Source: Myxococcota bacterium
GTDB taxonomy: Bacteria > Myxococcota_A > UBA9042 > PHBI01 > JAWLBL01
Reading direction: 5' to 3'
Assembly: GCA_041687695.1 (NCBI GenBank)
Contig: JAWLBL010000006.1
Span: 32,001-96,000 of the forward strand
DNA: 64,000 bases
Under the pieces are notes generated by a model that had not been told where the DNA came from, did no database searches, and saw only the letters and a list, made by a program, of their open reading frames with translations. How positions within the stretch are numbered: position 1 is the first letter of the stretch; every line of letters begins with the position of its first letter. The translations under genes were made by a program, and so were the position numbers. Shown here in pieces: positions 9,084 to 21,328 of this stretch.

Positions 9084-10694
9084 TCAACCCTGCTCGCCGG
9101 GGAACGCCGAAGGTCCGAGCCGGAGCGCGACCTCGAGCAGGGCGTTGGCGCCGCGCAGGCCGAGCTTGGTGCAGATGCGCTGGCGGTGGTTCTGCACGGT
9201 GCGCGTGCTGACGAACAGGGCGCGCGCGATCTCGCGGCTGGTCAGGTTGCGCGACAGGTGCAGCAGGACGGTGCGCTCGGCGGGCGTGAGGGTCTCGAGG
9301 GCCGCGCGGAGCGGCTCGGGCTCGGCGCCCGGGGCGGGGGGCTCGGCCGGAGCGGCGGCGGGGGCCTCGGCGGAACGCGGGGGATCGTCGGGCTCGCCTT
9401 CGAGGCGGCCCTCGAGCTGGGGCGGCAGCTCGACCGTGTCGCCGGGGCTCGCGGCCAGGCAGGCCCACAGGAGCTGCTCGAGGGCGCGCACCTCGAGGCG
9501 GTCGGCCGCCTCGAGCAGGGTCTCGACGAGGCCGGCGTCGACCCGCGGGCCCTGGCCTGGGGCCAAAAAGCGCGCGGCCAGGGACGCGTCGCCGTCGAGG
9601 GCGCGCTGCAGCAGGTGGCGCACGAGCAGCGGGACGTCCTCGCGCCGCTGGGCGAGCGGCGGGACCCGCAGGACGTGGCGGAAGCGTTGCAGCAGCTCGG
9701 GGCGCAGGGCCTCGGGCGAGGCGGCGGTCGCGAGGACCCGCAGGTCGGCGCGGCGGGTGCGCGGGTCGCCGAGGCGTTGGTAGTCGCCATCGAGCAGGCG
9801 GAGCAGGGTCGCCTGGCCGGCCTCGTCGAGGGCGTCGACGCCGTCGAGGAAGAGCGCGCCGCCGCTGGCCTGGCCGACCAGGCCCGGGCGCTCGGGGGCG
9901 CCGGGGTCGGGGAAGCCGGCCGCGTGTCCGAACAGCTCGGCCTCGAGGTGTGCGGCGGGCAGGGTCGCCGCGTTGCGGATGACCAGCGGTCGCGACGCTT
10001 GGGGCCCTTGGCGGTGCACCGCGCGGACGGTCAGCTCCTTGCCCGAGCCGGCGGGTCCGACGACGAGGACGTGTCCGTCGCGCGGGGCGGCGAAGGCGAT
10101 GGCGTCGCGCAGGGTCCACGCGGCGGGGCTCTCGCCGACGAGCCCGTCGGCGTCGGGCGCGCCGAAGGGCGTGGCGTCGGGCGCGAGGACGCTGCGGGCG
10201 GCGGGCCACGGTGAGGGGCGGGCGCACGCCAGCAGCAGGAGCTGGCCCTCGAGCTCGACCAGATCGCCGGGGCCGATCGTGCCCTGGGCGGTGACGCGGC
10301 CGCCCACCCGCAGGGGCAGCCGCCCCAGGTTCTCGACGGTGGCGCGCTCGCGCTCGAGGCGGCACAGGCGCAGCTGGCGGCGCGACAGGTGCCGCGAGGC
10401 GAGCGGCGCGCACAGGCGCTGGGCGCCCGGGCGCTGCTGGACGAGGGGCAGGCGGACCTCGCCGGGCTCGACCGGGCCGTCGCCGCGCCCGAAGAGCCCC
10501 GCGGGCCCCCCCGGTGGGCTCAGGCGGAGCACCTGGCCCGCGCGGCCGAGGCCGTCCGCGTCCCAGGCGACCACCAGGACCAGCTCGGTCTCGGGCGCGG
10601 CGGCGCGGAGGCCAGCCGGGCGCACCTCTTCGGTCGTGAGATCGGCCGCGGACGGTTGGGGTTCGGTCTTGGGTTCGTTCGTCGGTTCGGTCAT
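9084..10694 (-). CDS. FHA-like / sigma54-interaction-type AAA+ regulator with C-terminal LuxR HTH
   Basis: ATG at 10694 overlaps the kinase stop (ATGA). GLVGES, GPAGSGKE, ELFGH, GGALFLD; LTPAERTVL..TSREIARALFVSTRTVQNHR. Confidence 0.85.
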   Translation of the reverse strand: MTEPTNEPKTEPQPSAADLTTEEVRPAGLRAAAPETELVLVVAWDADGLGRAGQVLRLSPPGGPAGLFGRGDGPVEPGEVRLPLVQQRPGAQRLCAPLASRHLSRRQLRLCRLERERATVENLGRLPLRVGGRVTAQGTIGPGDLVELEGQLLLLACARPSPWPAARSVLAPDATPFGAPDADGLVGESPAAWTLRDAIAFAAPRDGHVLVVGPAGSGKELTVRAVHRQGPQASRPLVIRNAATLPAAHLEAELFGHAAGFPDPGAPERPGLVGQASGGALFLDGVDALDEAGQATLLRLLDGDYQRLGDPRTRRADLRVLATAASPEALRPELLQRFRHVLRVPPLAQRREDVPLLVRHLLQRALDGDASLAARFLAPGQGPRVDAGLVETLLEAADRLEVRALEQLLWACLAASPGDTVELPPQLEGRLEGEPDDPPRSAEAPAAAPAEPPAPGAEPEPLRAALETLTPAERTVLLHLSRNLTSREIARALFVSTRTVQNHRQRICTKLGLRGANALLEVALRLGPSAFPGEQG

Positions 10695-13600
10695 CGGTGG
10701 CGGCCGGCGAGCACCCAGAGATCGGTGCGCCAGAGCCGTGCATACCCCAGGGCCGCGATCTCGGTCCAGGCCGCACGGGCCGCGTCGCTGCGGCCGGCGC
10801 GCGCCCCGAGGCGGGTCAGCGTATCGGCGCGCAGGGCCATGAGGTCGGTGCGGTAGATGAGCATCGTCTCGCTGCGGGGCCACTCGGGCGGCGGGACGGC
10901 CGCGTCGAGGGCGGGCAGGGCGTCGGGGGCGCGGCTGTCGGGGAAGGCGAGCAGGCGGGCGCGGGCGGCCAACGCTCGGGCGAGCTGGTGGTAGGCGTCG
11001 CGCTCGAGGCGCGAGACGCCGAGGTCCATGGAGGCGCCCTCGGCCGCGCCGGCCGCGAGGAGCAGGCGATCGGGGCGGGTCTCGGCCAGGGCGTAGACGA
11101 GCAGGAGCTCGAGGCGGACGTCGGCCGGGGTGTCCGCGGCCTCGAGCTGGACCCTCAGGGCGTCGGCGACCTCGTCGGGGGAGCGGCCGGCGGCGAGCTC
11201 GAGGCGTGGGCGGAAGAAGGTGGCCTGCCGGCGGCCCGAGGGGCGCCGATCGGCCCAGCGGTCCAGGGTCTGCCGGGCAGCGTCCCACTGCTGGCGACAC
11301 GTCAGGGCCTGGACGGCCAGGCTGTAGGTCCAGTCGAGGTAGGTGCCGCGGCCGCGCTCCTCGATGGCGGTGACACGGGCGAGCGCCTCGACGGCGGCCT
11401 CGTCGCAGCGGCCGGCCAGGATGAGCGTCGACAGGCGCAGGTTCTCGGAGTAGGGCTGGCCCGGGGTGTGGGCGAGGTGGCGGTCGAAGGCGGCCAGGGC
11501 GTCGTCCCACCGGCCGGCGTACAGGGCGAGCTCGGCGGGCAGCTCGCCGTAGGAGGGCTCGTCCAGTGGGACACCCAGCTCGGCGAGCAGGGCGGGGGCC
11601 TGGTCGGCGCGGCCGCGGAACGCCAGGGCGCGGATGAGCCGGGAGGCGGCGCCCTCGTGGCGGGGCGCCAGCGCGAGGAGGCGTCGGGCGAGGGCCTCGG
11701 CTTCGGCGAGGTCGGCGATCTCGGGCTCGCCAAAGCGCACGGTGAGCAGCATCTCGAGGGCCTCGAGGTCGTGCGGCCAGAGGTCGAGCAGGTCGGTCAG
11801 GCCGGCGACGGCGTCGGTGGGGCGGCCTTCGCCGAGGGCGAGCCAGGCCTGGGCCATCGCGCGGTCGCGGGCGCCGAGCGAGGCCTCGTCCAGCAGGGCG
11901 CGAGCCTCGGCGGCGAGGGCGGCCCGGTCCTGGGTGACCCGCAGCAGCTCGAGCCGCTCGATCCGGGCGGTGACGAAGGCGGGGTCGAGGCGCAGGGCGC
12001 GCGCGAGGGCCTCGGTGGCGCGCGCCTGGTCGTCGGTGCGGCGGGCGCGTCGGGCGTCGAGCAGGGCGGCCCAGGCCTCGGGCGAGCGGGTGGGCGGCGC
12101 GGCGTCGGCGGGGAGGCGGGCGCCGAGCAGCGGCAGCAGATCCTGGGCGATGGTCCGGGCGAGGGCGGCCGGGGCGTCGCGTCGGCCAGGGTAACGACGG
12201 GTCAGCAAGGGGCGCCCGCGGGCCGGGTCGAAGACGTGGACCTCGGCCGTGACGGCGCCGTCCGCGTCGAGGTGGAGGACGCCCTCGACGAAGGCGTCGA
12301 CGTGGCCGAGCGCGCGGCCGGGGCGGGTCAGGGCGGCGGCGGCGGCGGCGGCCGTGCGGGGCCGATCCGGCGGAAGAGCGCCGTCGAGGACCGAGGCGGG
12401 GGACGCGACGAGGCGCATGGGATCGAGCGCCAGGAAGCCGCGCAGGGCGTCGGCGAGGACGGCGGCCGTGAGGTCCGCGTCGGAGCCGTCGCCGGAGGGC
12501 TCGAAGGCCAGGACGGCGACCACGGGGCGCGGAGGGAGCTGCTGGGCGAGCGTAGGAGGCGCGGGCGGGGAGGGCGCCTCGGCGAGGGCCCCGGGGCCCA
12601 GCGGCCTGGGGGGCGTAGGGCCGGGGGGGCCTGGAGCGAGCAAGCCGACCGAGGCGACCAGCGCGAGGGCGGCGGCGGCCGCGAGCGCCCAACCCCAGCG
12701 CCGGCCGCGCCGCGACCCGGCCGGGCGGCCCGTCCAGCCGCGACGCAGCTCGGAGTCCAGCGCCGAGGGCGGCGAGGCGGAGGTCGAGGGGGCCAGAGCG
12801 GGGGCGTCGTCGGCTTCGGGTAGGGGCTCGACGGCCGCGGCCAGGGCGTCGCCGTCGAGCCAGCGGTCCTGGGGGTGCGGCGCGAGGCAACGCTCGACGA
12901 CGGCGACCCAGGGCGAGGGCAGTCCCGGGGCGGCTTCGTCCAGCGGGCGGCGCAGGCCGGCCGAGATGGCGGCGACGGTGCCGGCCGTGGTCTCGCGCGC
13001 GAAGGGGTGGACGCCCGTCAGCAGGCGATAGGCCAGGACGCCGACGGCGAAGACGTCGGCGGGGGGCCCGACCGGCTCGCCGCGGACCTGCTCCGGGGCC
13101 ATCCAGGCGGGGGTCCCGACGACCGCGCCGTCCGCGGTGACCCGCTCCTCGTCGGCGTCGGCGCGCCGGGCGAGGCCGAAGTCGACGACCCGGGCGCGGC
13201 CCGCGGCCTCGAGCAGCACGTTCGACGGCTTGACGTCCCGGTGGGTCAGTCCGGCGGCGTGGGCGGCGCCCAGCGCGCGCGCGACGTCCAGCAGGACGCG
13301 CTTGGCGTCGCGCGTGGTCCAGGGCGCCTCGAGGGCGTCCTCGAGCGAGGTCCCCTCGACCAGCTCCATGGCCATGAAGAGGCTGCCGTCCGCGTCCTCG
13401 CCCATGTCGTGCACCCGCACGACGCCCGGGTGGTCCAGCGCCGCCAGCGCACGCGCCTCTCGCCAAAAGCGCGCCCGCACCTCGGCGACCCCACGCCGCG
13501 GCGCGGCGATGCGCTTGACGGCCACCCGCCGCTCGAGCCGCTCGTCCCAGGCGGCCCACACCTCGCCCATGCCGCCGCGTCCCAGCAGGCGCTCGAGGCG

Positions 13601-13720
13601 ATAGTGGCCGAGTCGCTCCGGCGCTCCCGTCGGGCCGCCGGCCGCACGCCGGGCCCGGGTCGGGCTCTCGAGCGTCTCGCCGTCGGCGAGGTCCGCTATC
13701 GGGCGCTCCTCGTCGGTCAT
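10691..13720 (-). CDS. Hanks-type Ser/Thr protein kinase with TM segment and TPR-like C-terminus
   Basis: LGRGGMGEVW, VAVK, HRDVKPSN, DFG, GTPAWMAPEQ. Start taken at MTDEERP. Confidence 0.93.
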   Translation of the reverse strand: MTDEERPIADLADGETLESPTRARRAAGGPTGAPERLGHYRLERLLGRGGMGEVWAAWDERLERRVAVKRIAAPRRGVAEVRARFWREARALAALDHPGVVRVHDMGEDADGSLFMAMELVEGTSLEDALEAPWTTRDAKRVLLDVARALGAAHAAGLTHRDVKPSNVLLEAAGRARVVDFGLARRADADEERVTADGAVVGTPAWMAPEQVRGEPVGPPADVFAVGVLAYRLLTGVHPFARETTAGTVAAISAGLRRPLDEAAPGLPSPWVAVVERCLAPHPQDRWLDGDALAAAVEPLPEADDAPALAPSTSASPPSALDSELRRGWTGRPAGSRRGRRWGWALAAAAALALVASVGLLAPGPPGPTPPRPLGPGALAEAPSPPAPPTLAQQLPPRPVVAVLAFEPSGDGSDADLTAAVLADALRGFLALDPMRLVASPASVLDGALPPDRPRTAAAAAAALTRPGRALGHVDAFVEGVLHLDADGAVTAEVHVFDPARGRPLLTRRYPGRRDAPAALARTIAQDLLPLLGARLPADAAPPTRSPEAWAALLDARRARRTDDQARATEALARALRLDPAFVTARIERLELLRVTQDRAALAAEARALLDEASLGARDRAMAQAWLALGEGRPTDAVAGLTDLLDLWPHDLEALEMLLTVRFGEPEIADLAEAEALARRLLALAPRHEGAASRLIRALAFRGRADQAPALLAELGVPLDEPSYGELPAELALYAGRWDDALAAFDRHLAHTPGQPYSENLRLSTLILAGRCDEAAVEALARVTAIEERGRGTYLDWTYSLAVQALTCRQQWDAARQTLDRWADRRPSGRRQATFFRPRLELAAGRSPDEVADALRVQLEAADTPADVRLELLLVYALAETRPDRLLLAAGAAEGASMDLGVSRLERDAYHQLARALAARARLLAFPDSRAPDALPALDAAVPPPEWPRSETMLIYRTDLMALRADTLTRLGARAGRSDAARAAWTEIAALGYARLWRTDLWVLAGRHR

Positions 13721-14000
13721 TCGCCTTGGTGTCCCCCGCCCGTGGTTCGCTTGACGCCCCGGTCGTCGCCGGTCGCGGTGCGTGGACGCCGACCCCGCGC
13801 GGAAGTTCCCGACGCCCCACCGGCGCGGCGCAGGATACGCAACGGGCGCGCCGTCTGGCAAACCGCGTGGCCGAGGCGGAGGCCGTGACGGTGGCCGTGG
13901 AGGTGGCGTTGGCGGAGGCGTTGGCGATGGCCGTGGCCGAGGCCGTGACGGTGGCCGGGGGCGTCAGCGGTGCCTAAGGCATTGATCCTGGAGGTCTTTC

Positions 14001-14822
14001 ATGCCCGAGACATCGATGAGTGGGGCGCGGGTCGCGTGGGCGTCGCAGGGACGCGGCGAGCCGGGCCTGCTGCTGTTGCCCGGGTGGTGCGAGACGCGGG
14101 CGGTGTTCGAGCCGCTGGTCCGGCGTCTGGCGCGGGCGAGGCGGGTCGTGACCCTGGACTGGCGGGGCCACGGCGAGTCGGGGACGACCGCCGGCGACTA
14201 CGGCACCGGGGATCTGGTGGCCGACGCCCTGGCCGTCATCGAGGCGGCGCGGCTGCGTGCGGTCGTCCCCGTCGCGTCGGCCCACGCGGGCTGGGTCGCC
14301 ATCGCGTTGCGGCGCCGGATGGGCGCCCGGGTCCCGGCGTTGGTCGCGCTGGACTGGCTGATGCTCGAGCCGCCGCCCGCCTTCCGCGCCAGCCTTGCGG
14401 CCTTGCAGGATCCCATGCGCTGGGAGGACGCGCGCGCGCACGCCTTCGAGCAGTGGAAGGGCGTGGTCCGCCACCCGCGCGTCGAGGCCCACGTCGAACG
14501 GGACATGGCGCGCTTCGGCTTTCGAACCTGGGCGCGCGCCTCGCGCGCGGTGGCCGCGAGCTACGCGCGCGCCCGCAGCCCGCTGGACGAGCTGGCCGAG
14601 CTGCCGAAGCGGCCCCAGACGCTGCATCTGTACACGCAGCCGCGCGACGCGGGGTTCCTGGCGACCCAGGAGCGCTTCGCGGCCGAGCACCCGTGGTTCC
14701 ACGTCCACCGACTCGACGGCGGCACCCACTTCTCGAGCCTCGAGTCGCCCCGCGAGGTCGCGCGCGCCATCGAGCGGTTCGTGGCGCAGCGCGAGCGCGA
14801 GGCGACCCGAAGCTGGGTCTGA
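14001..14822 (+). CDS. Alpha/beta-hydrolase-fold cofactor-independent 3-hydroxy-4-quinolone 2,4-dioxygenase homologue (HOD/QDO/AqdC-like)
   Basis: LLPGWC, WRGHG, AHAGW, DWLM, LQDPMRW, HLYTQP, FAAEHPWF, GGTHF are colinear with the HOD sequence as I recall it. Confidence 0.8.
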   Translation: MPETSMSGARVAWASQGRGEPGLLLLPGWCETRAVFEPLVRRLARARRVVTLDWRGHGESGTTAGDYGTGDLVADALAVIEAARLRAVVPVASAHAGWVAIALRRRMGARVPALVALDWLMLEPPPAFRASLAALQDPMRWEDARAHAFEQWKGVVRHPRVEAHVERDMARFGFRTWARASRAVAASYARARSPLDELAELPKRPQTLHLYTQPRDAGFLATQERFAAEHPWFHVHRLDGGTHFSSLESPREVARAIERFVAQREREATRSWV

Positions 14823-14826
14823 CCGG

Positions 14827-15756
14827 TCAGGGGTTCGAAGGCGGCTGCTGGCCCGGGGGCTGCTGGCCGGGCTGCTCGGCCCCGGGCTGCTGCTGGCCGG
14901 GCCGCTGCTGACCCTCTCCGCCCTCGGCCTGGTTCAGCTCGGCGCACGCGATGGGGATCATCTCGTGCGCGGGCGTGCCGCCCTCGGCCTGCACCGTCTC
15001 GGGCAGCTGAGCGTCCTTGGCCACGCCGTGGATCATGACCACGCGCTTGTCGAGCATCATGTCCGAGACCTGCCGCTGCGACTGCAGGGCGCTGGCCAGC
15101 TCGCTCTTCTGCACGACCTTGTTGTAGGTCAGGGCCTGCTCGTCGTTCTCGGCGAAGCTGGGCTCGCCGTCCATCTTGGTCGGGTCGTCGCTCAGCGGGA
15201 TCATGGGCTCTCCGACCGCGGCCTTGGCCTCGGTGGCGTCGATGATCCCGTCGCCGTTGGCGTCGTCCTGCATCGTCGGGCAGCGCGCGTCCTTGCCGTC
15301 CTTGAAGCCGTGGACGTGGATCGGGTGCGTCACGCCGGTCGGCACGTTCTGGGCGTCGATGGCCATCGTGACGCGCTCCTCGCGCACCGTGAACGTGGCG
15401 GAGCCGGCGATCTGGGCGTTGGTGACGCGCTGGTTGATCGGCTGCAGCTGACCCGCGAAGACCTGCGCGTCCATGCGCTGCTGCCCTTCCTGCATGCCGG
15501 GCTGCTGCTGGCCCGGCTGGGCCGCGGGCTGCTGGCCTTCCTGCATGCCGGGCTGCGTGCCGGGCTGCTGGCCCTCCTGCATGCCGGGCCGCTGGCCCTC
15601 GGGCGCGGCCTCGCCCGGCTGCTCGGCGCGCTCGGCTTCACCGGTCGGCTGGGCCGGCGGCTGCTCCTGGGCCCCCTGGCGGCACCCGGGCAGCGCCGCG
15701 AGCGCGAGGGAGGCGAGGACGATGGACGTACGGAAGCCAGGCCACTGAGTCTGCAT
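14827..15756 (-). CDS. Lipoprotein with Q/P/G-rich repeats and a His-containing SOD/CHRD-like domain
   Basis: Lipobox LPGC; PGMQEGQQ repeats; HPIHVHG, DDANGDGIIDATEA, VVMIHG, PIACAEL. Confidence 0.65.
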   Translation of the reverse strand: MQTQWPGFRTSIVLASLALAALPGCRQGAQEQPPAQPTGEAERAEQPGEAAPEGQRPGMQEGQQPGTQPGMQEGQQPAAQPGQQQPGMQEGQQRMDAQVFAGQLQPINQRVTNAQIAGSATFTVREERVTMAIDAQNVPTGVTHPIHVHGFKDGKDARCPTMQDDANGDGIIDATEAKAAVGEPMIPLSDDPTKMDGEPSFAENDEQALTYNKVVQKSELASALQSQRQVSDMMLDKRVVMIHGVAKDAQLPETVQAEGGTPAHEMIPIACAELNQAEGGEGQQRPGQQQPGAEQPGQQPPGQQPPSNP

Positions 15757-15834
15757 GGCGGACACTCCTGTGACGGGTTGTCGGGTGTGCGCGCATGCTA
15801 GCCAGTGCTTCGCCCCGGGCCGAGCCTCCGGTTG

Positions 15835-16821
15835 TTAACGGGGCCTCAGTCCGGTCCGCGCCGCGTGGGCGCGCGCCAGCAGGGCCGCGACGAGCTGCTC
15901 GAAGCTCATCCCGGCGGCGCCGGCCGCCTTGGGGAACAGGCTCTCGCGCGTCAGCCCCGGCAGGGTGTTCGTCTCGAGCAGGTGCGGCTGCCCCGACGCG
16001 TCGACGATGACGTCCGTGCGGCTGTAGCCGCGGCACGACAGGGCCGCGTGCGCGGCGAGGCCCAGGGCCTGCAGGCGCTCGGTCAGCGGCTCGTCGATGG
16101 GCGCCGGACACAGCTCGTCGGTCGCGCCGGGCGTGTACTTGGCCGCGTAGTCGAAAAAACGCGCCGACCTGGGCCGGATCTCGATGACCGGCAGGGCGCG
16201 CGCCGCGCCGTCCGCGTCCTCGAGGACCGGGACGGTGAACTCACGCCCGGTCACGTACTGCTCGACGAGCAGCGCGTCGGTCTCGGCCAGCAGCGCGTCG
16301 CCCCGCTCGGCGAGCGCCTCGACCGACTCGACGACCTCGACCCCGACGCTCGACCCGCTCTGGCTGGTCTTGAGCACCAGCGGCAGTCCATGCCGATCGG
16401 CCATCGCCGCCCAGTCGGGGCGGTCCCCGCGCCGCAGCGTCACGTCCGCCGCGACCGGCAGCCCGGCGGCCCGGTACACGGCCTTGGTCCACGACTTGTG
16501 CATGCCCAGCGCGCTGGTGGCCACGCCGGAGCCCTGGTACGGGATGCCGAAGAGGTCCAGCGTCCCCTGCACGCGCCCGTCCTCGCCGTCGGCCCCATGC
16601 ATGGCGATGAAGGCCACGTCCGGCGCCCATCCGGCGATGGCGGTCAGCGCCTGCGCCACGGACCCCGATCCGCCCGGCCACCGCGCGCCGCCCTCCTTGC
16701 CCAGCACCACCTCGAACCGCGTGTGTCCCAGCCGCTCGAGCGCGGCCGCCACCGCCTTGCCCGTCTCGAGGGACACCTCGTGCTCGCCGCTCCGGCCGCC
16801 CATGATGAGTGCGATCTTCAT
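15835..16821 (-). CDS. ddl: D-alanine--D-alanine ligase
   Basis: GGRSGEHEVSL, HGADGEDG, GSSVG, FFDYAAKY, ETNTLPGLT. Confidence 0.95.
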   Translation of the reverse strand: MKIALIMGGRSGEHEVSLETGKAVAAALERLGHTRFEVVLGKEGGARWPGGSGSVAQALTAIAGWAPDVAFIAMHGADGEDGRVQGTLDLFGIPYQGSGVATSALGMHKSWTKAVYRAAGLPVAADVTLRRGDRPDWAAMADRHGLPLVLKTSQSGSSVGVEVVESVEALAERGDALLAETDALLVEQYVTGREFTVPVLEDADGAARALPVIEIRPRSARFFDYAAKYTPGATDELCPAPIDEPLTERLQALGLAAHAALSCRGYSRTDVIVDASGQPHLLETNTLPGLTRESLFPKAAGAAGMSFEQLVAALLARAHAARTGLRPR

Positions 16822-16886
16822 GCGCCTTACATATCAGCGCCCGCGGCCGTGGTGTAGAAAGGGCCTCCAACGCCCCCGGAGTCCGC

Positions 16887-17300
16887 ATGGAGCCTCGCCC
16901 AGACGCCGCGGCCACCCGCCGCCGACGCCTCGCGCGCTTCGCCGTCCTCGCCTTCGTCGCGGTCGGCTTCTTCCTGGTCCGCGCGACCGCCCCGACCGAG
17001 GTCGACGTCAGCTTCGAACTGCCGCCCTCGTTCTCTGTCGGCGGCGCCAGCGTCCCTCGCGAGCGCTTCACCTCCGTCGAGATCACCGTCTTCGACGACG
17101 AGCAGCGCGTCGTGTCGACCGCCCGCCAGACCCTGCCCGACGGCCTGGAGAGCCCCCTGACGCCCCCCGTGTCCCTGCGCGTGCCGCGAGGCCGCTACGT
17201 CGCCCGCGTGACCCTGGCCGCCCCCGACGGCGCGCGCGTCACCCGCGGCGCCGCCTTCGAGGTCGCCGACGAGCCGTCGCTGCGGGTCGAGCTGCGCTGA
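16887..17300 (+). CDS. Hypothetical membrane-anchored protein
   Basis: ATG at 16887, N-terminal TM helix, typical GC3-rich codon usage. Confidence 0.6.
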   Translation: MEPRPDAAATRRRRLARFAVLAFVAVGFFLVRATAPTEVDVSFELPPSFSVGGASVPRERFTSVEITVFDDEQRVVSTARQTLPDGLESPLTPPVSLRVPRGRYVARVTLAAPDGARVTRGAAFEVADEPSLRVELR

Positions 17301-17303
17301 AGG

Positions 17304-19808
<2,505 letters not shown>

Positions 19809-19929
19809 TCGACCCCTGGAATCACCGGCGCCCCGGACGAAGACGGCCCCTGGATAGCACAGCGTCTCACGCCCGGGCAACGCGGCAGGGCGCGCGGCTG
19901 GTGACGCGCGGCGGGGAGGCGTCGGCGGC

Positions 19930-20784
19930 TCAGGGATAGACGCTCAGGACGTTGTAGCCGCGCCAGCTGCGCCGCACGTCGACGCGCCCGTGCGGGGCGG
20001 CCAGCGCGCCGACCAGGGCCAGCTCCTCGCTGGTCAGCAGGCCGGCGGGGTCGTAGCCGGGCCGGCCAACGGCGCGCGACCGACGGCCGCTGGGACGGGG
20101 CTCGAGGCGGGCGCCGGCGCCGTGGCCGAGGACGGCGGCGTGGAAGCCGCGCCGGGCCATCGGCAGGCCCGAGGCGATGAGGCGCGCGAGGCCGCCGGGC
20201 AGCGGCGGGGCGTCCGGGAGGGCGACCACGAGGTCGAAGCGGTCCACCAGATCCTCTGGAGGCGGCAGCTGCGCGCGCGAGGCGAAGCGCACCGGCAGGG
20301 TGGCGGTCCGGAACGTCAGGCGGCTCGCCTCGGCGAGCGCCTCGTCGTCGGCGTCCGTGCCGACCACCTCGGCCGGGAGGCCGCGCTGCTGGAGCGCTCG
20401 CGCCAGGGCCAGCGTCCCCTGGCCGCGGCCGCAGGCGACCTGGAGGATGCGCGCCGGGCGCCGCTCGGTGCGCCCCGTCTCGCGGGCCAGCGGCGCCAGC
20501 CGTGACGCCAGCCGGTCCGCGGCGCGCGCCAGGGCCGCCGCCCCCGCCATCGGATCGAGCAGCCCGCCGGTCGACAGCGGGGCCGTGACGCGCGCCACGG
20601 CGTCGCGGACCCGCTCGGCCAGCTCCAGGGCCGCGCCGCGGTCGCGCCGCGCCCGGGCGACGAGGGCGTTGGCCAGCGCCTCCAGCTGGTCGAGTGTGGT
20701 CCAACGCCCCGAGCCTCTGGCCGCCTCCGTCGTCCCGCCGCCGCTCCGATTCAGCCGCTCCATCATCCACGCCTCCGCGCGCAC
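19930..20784 (-). CDS. Hypothetical protein with SAM-methyltransferase-like region
   Basis: RILQVACGRG ... EVVGTD resembles motifs I/II but is degenerate. Start uncertain. Confidence 0.45.
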   Translation of the reverse strand: MRAEAWMMERLNRSGGGTTEAARGSGRWTTLDQLEALANALVARARRDRGAALELAERVRDAVARVTAPLSTGGLLDPMAGAAALARAADRLASRLAPLARETGRTERRPARILQVACGRGQGTLALARALQQRGLPAEVVGTDADDEALAEASRLTFRTATLPVRFASRAQLPPPEDLVDRFDLVVALPDAPPLPGGLARLIASGLPMARRGFHAAVLGHGAGARLEPRPSGRRSRAVGRPGYDPAGLLTSEELALVGALAAPHGRVDVRRSWRGYNVLSVYP

Positions 20785-21328
20785 GACGCGCGCACGAACG
20801 CCGCGGCACCCAACCCGTTGGCCGGCCGCCGTCGGCGACGATGACTCCCGATGTTCCCGGTGCGACCAGAGACCCCCGTTCGGGGGATGGCGTCAACGAT
20901 CTGGCTGGAATACATCTGCGGGGGCGCCTGTGGCCGGGTGGGGCCGGGGCCGGTCAGGGGCCGCGCGTTCCGGCTGTGGAGATCGTAGTGAGATGACCCT
21001 GCAGCGCAGTGCATGGAGCGGTCGTCGGCGTGTTTGCGCGTGACTCCGACAAGAAAAGTGGACATCTCGCATTGGCGAGGCCGATGCGTCCGGGTTACGC
21101 TGTCGGTTGGGGAGACCTCGCCGACCTCGCGCGGGGCCTTGGGGACGTGATGAAGAGCCACGCCAGACCGGGGGGGCCGGGCAGGGTGGTTCGGTCCGCC
21201 CCGCGAGCCCGCTTGCCACGCACAAAGCACCAGGACTACCGATTCACCGGCGTCCCGCCGTCTGGCGGAGGCGTCGCCTGCCACGCCCGCCGCCGCCGCG
21301 GGCGCGCGGCCCCCGAAGGTGTTCGCCC

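Noticed and set aside
9084..13820. 1578-aa ORF as a single protein
   Set aside because: The first ~1040 aa are an Arg/Pro/Gly-rich off-frame shadow of the kinase gene. The real regulator starts at 10694.
13866..13960. GAGGCCGTGACGGTGGCCG direct repeat and 6-bp periodic tract
   Set aside because: Short low-complexity intergenic sequence with only two clear copies; no supportable function.
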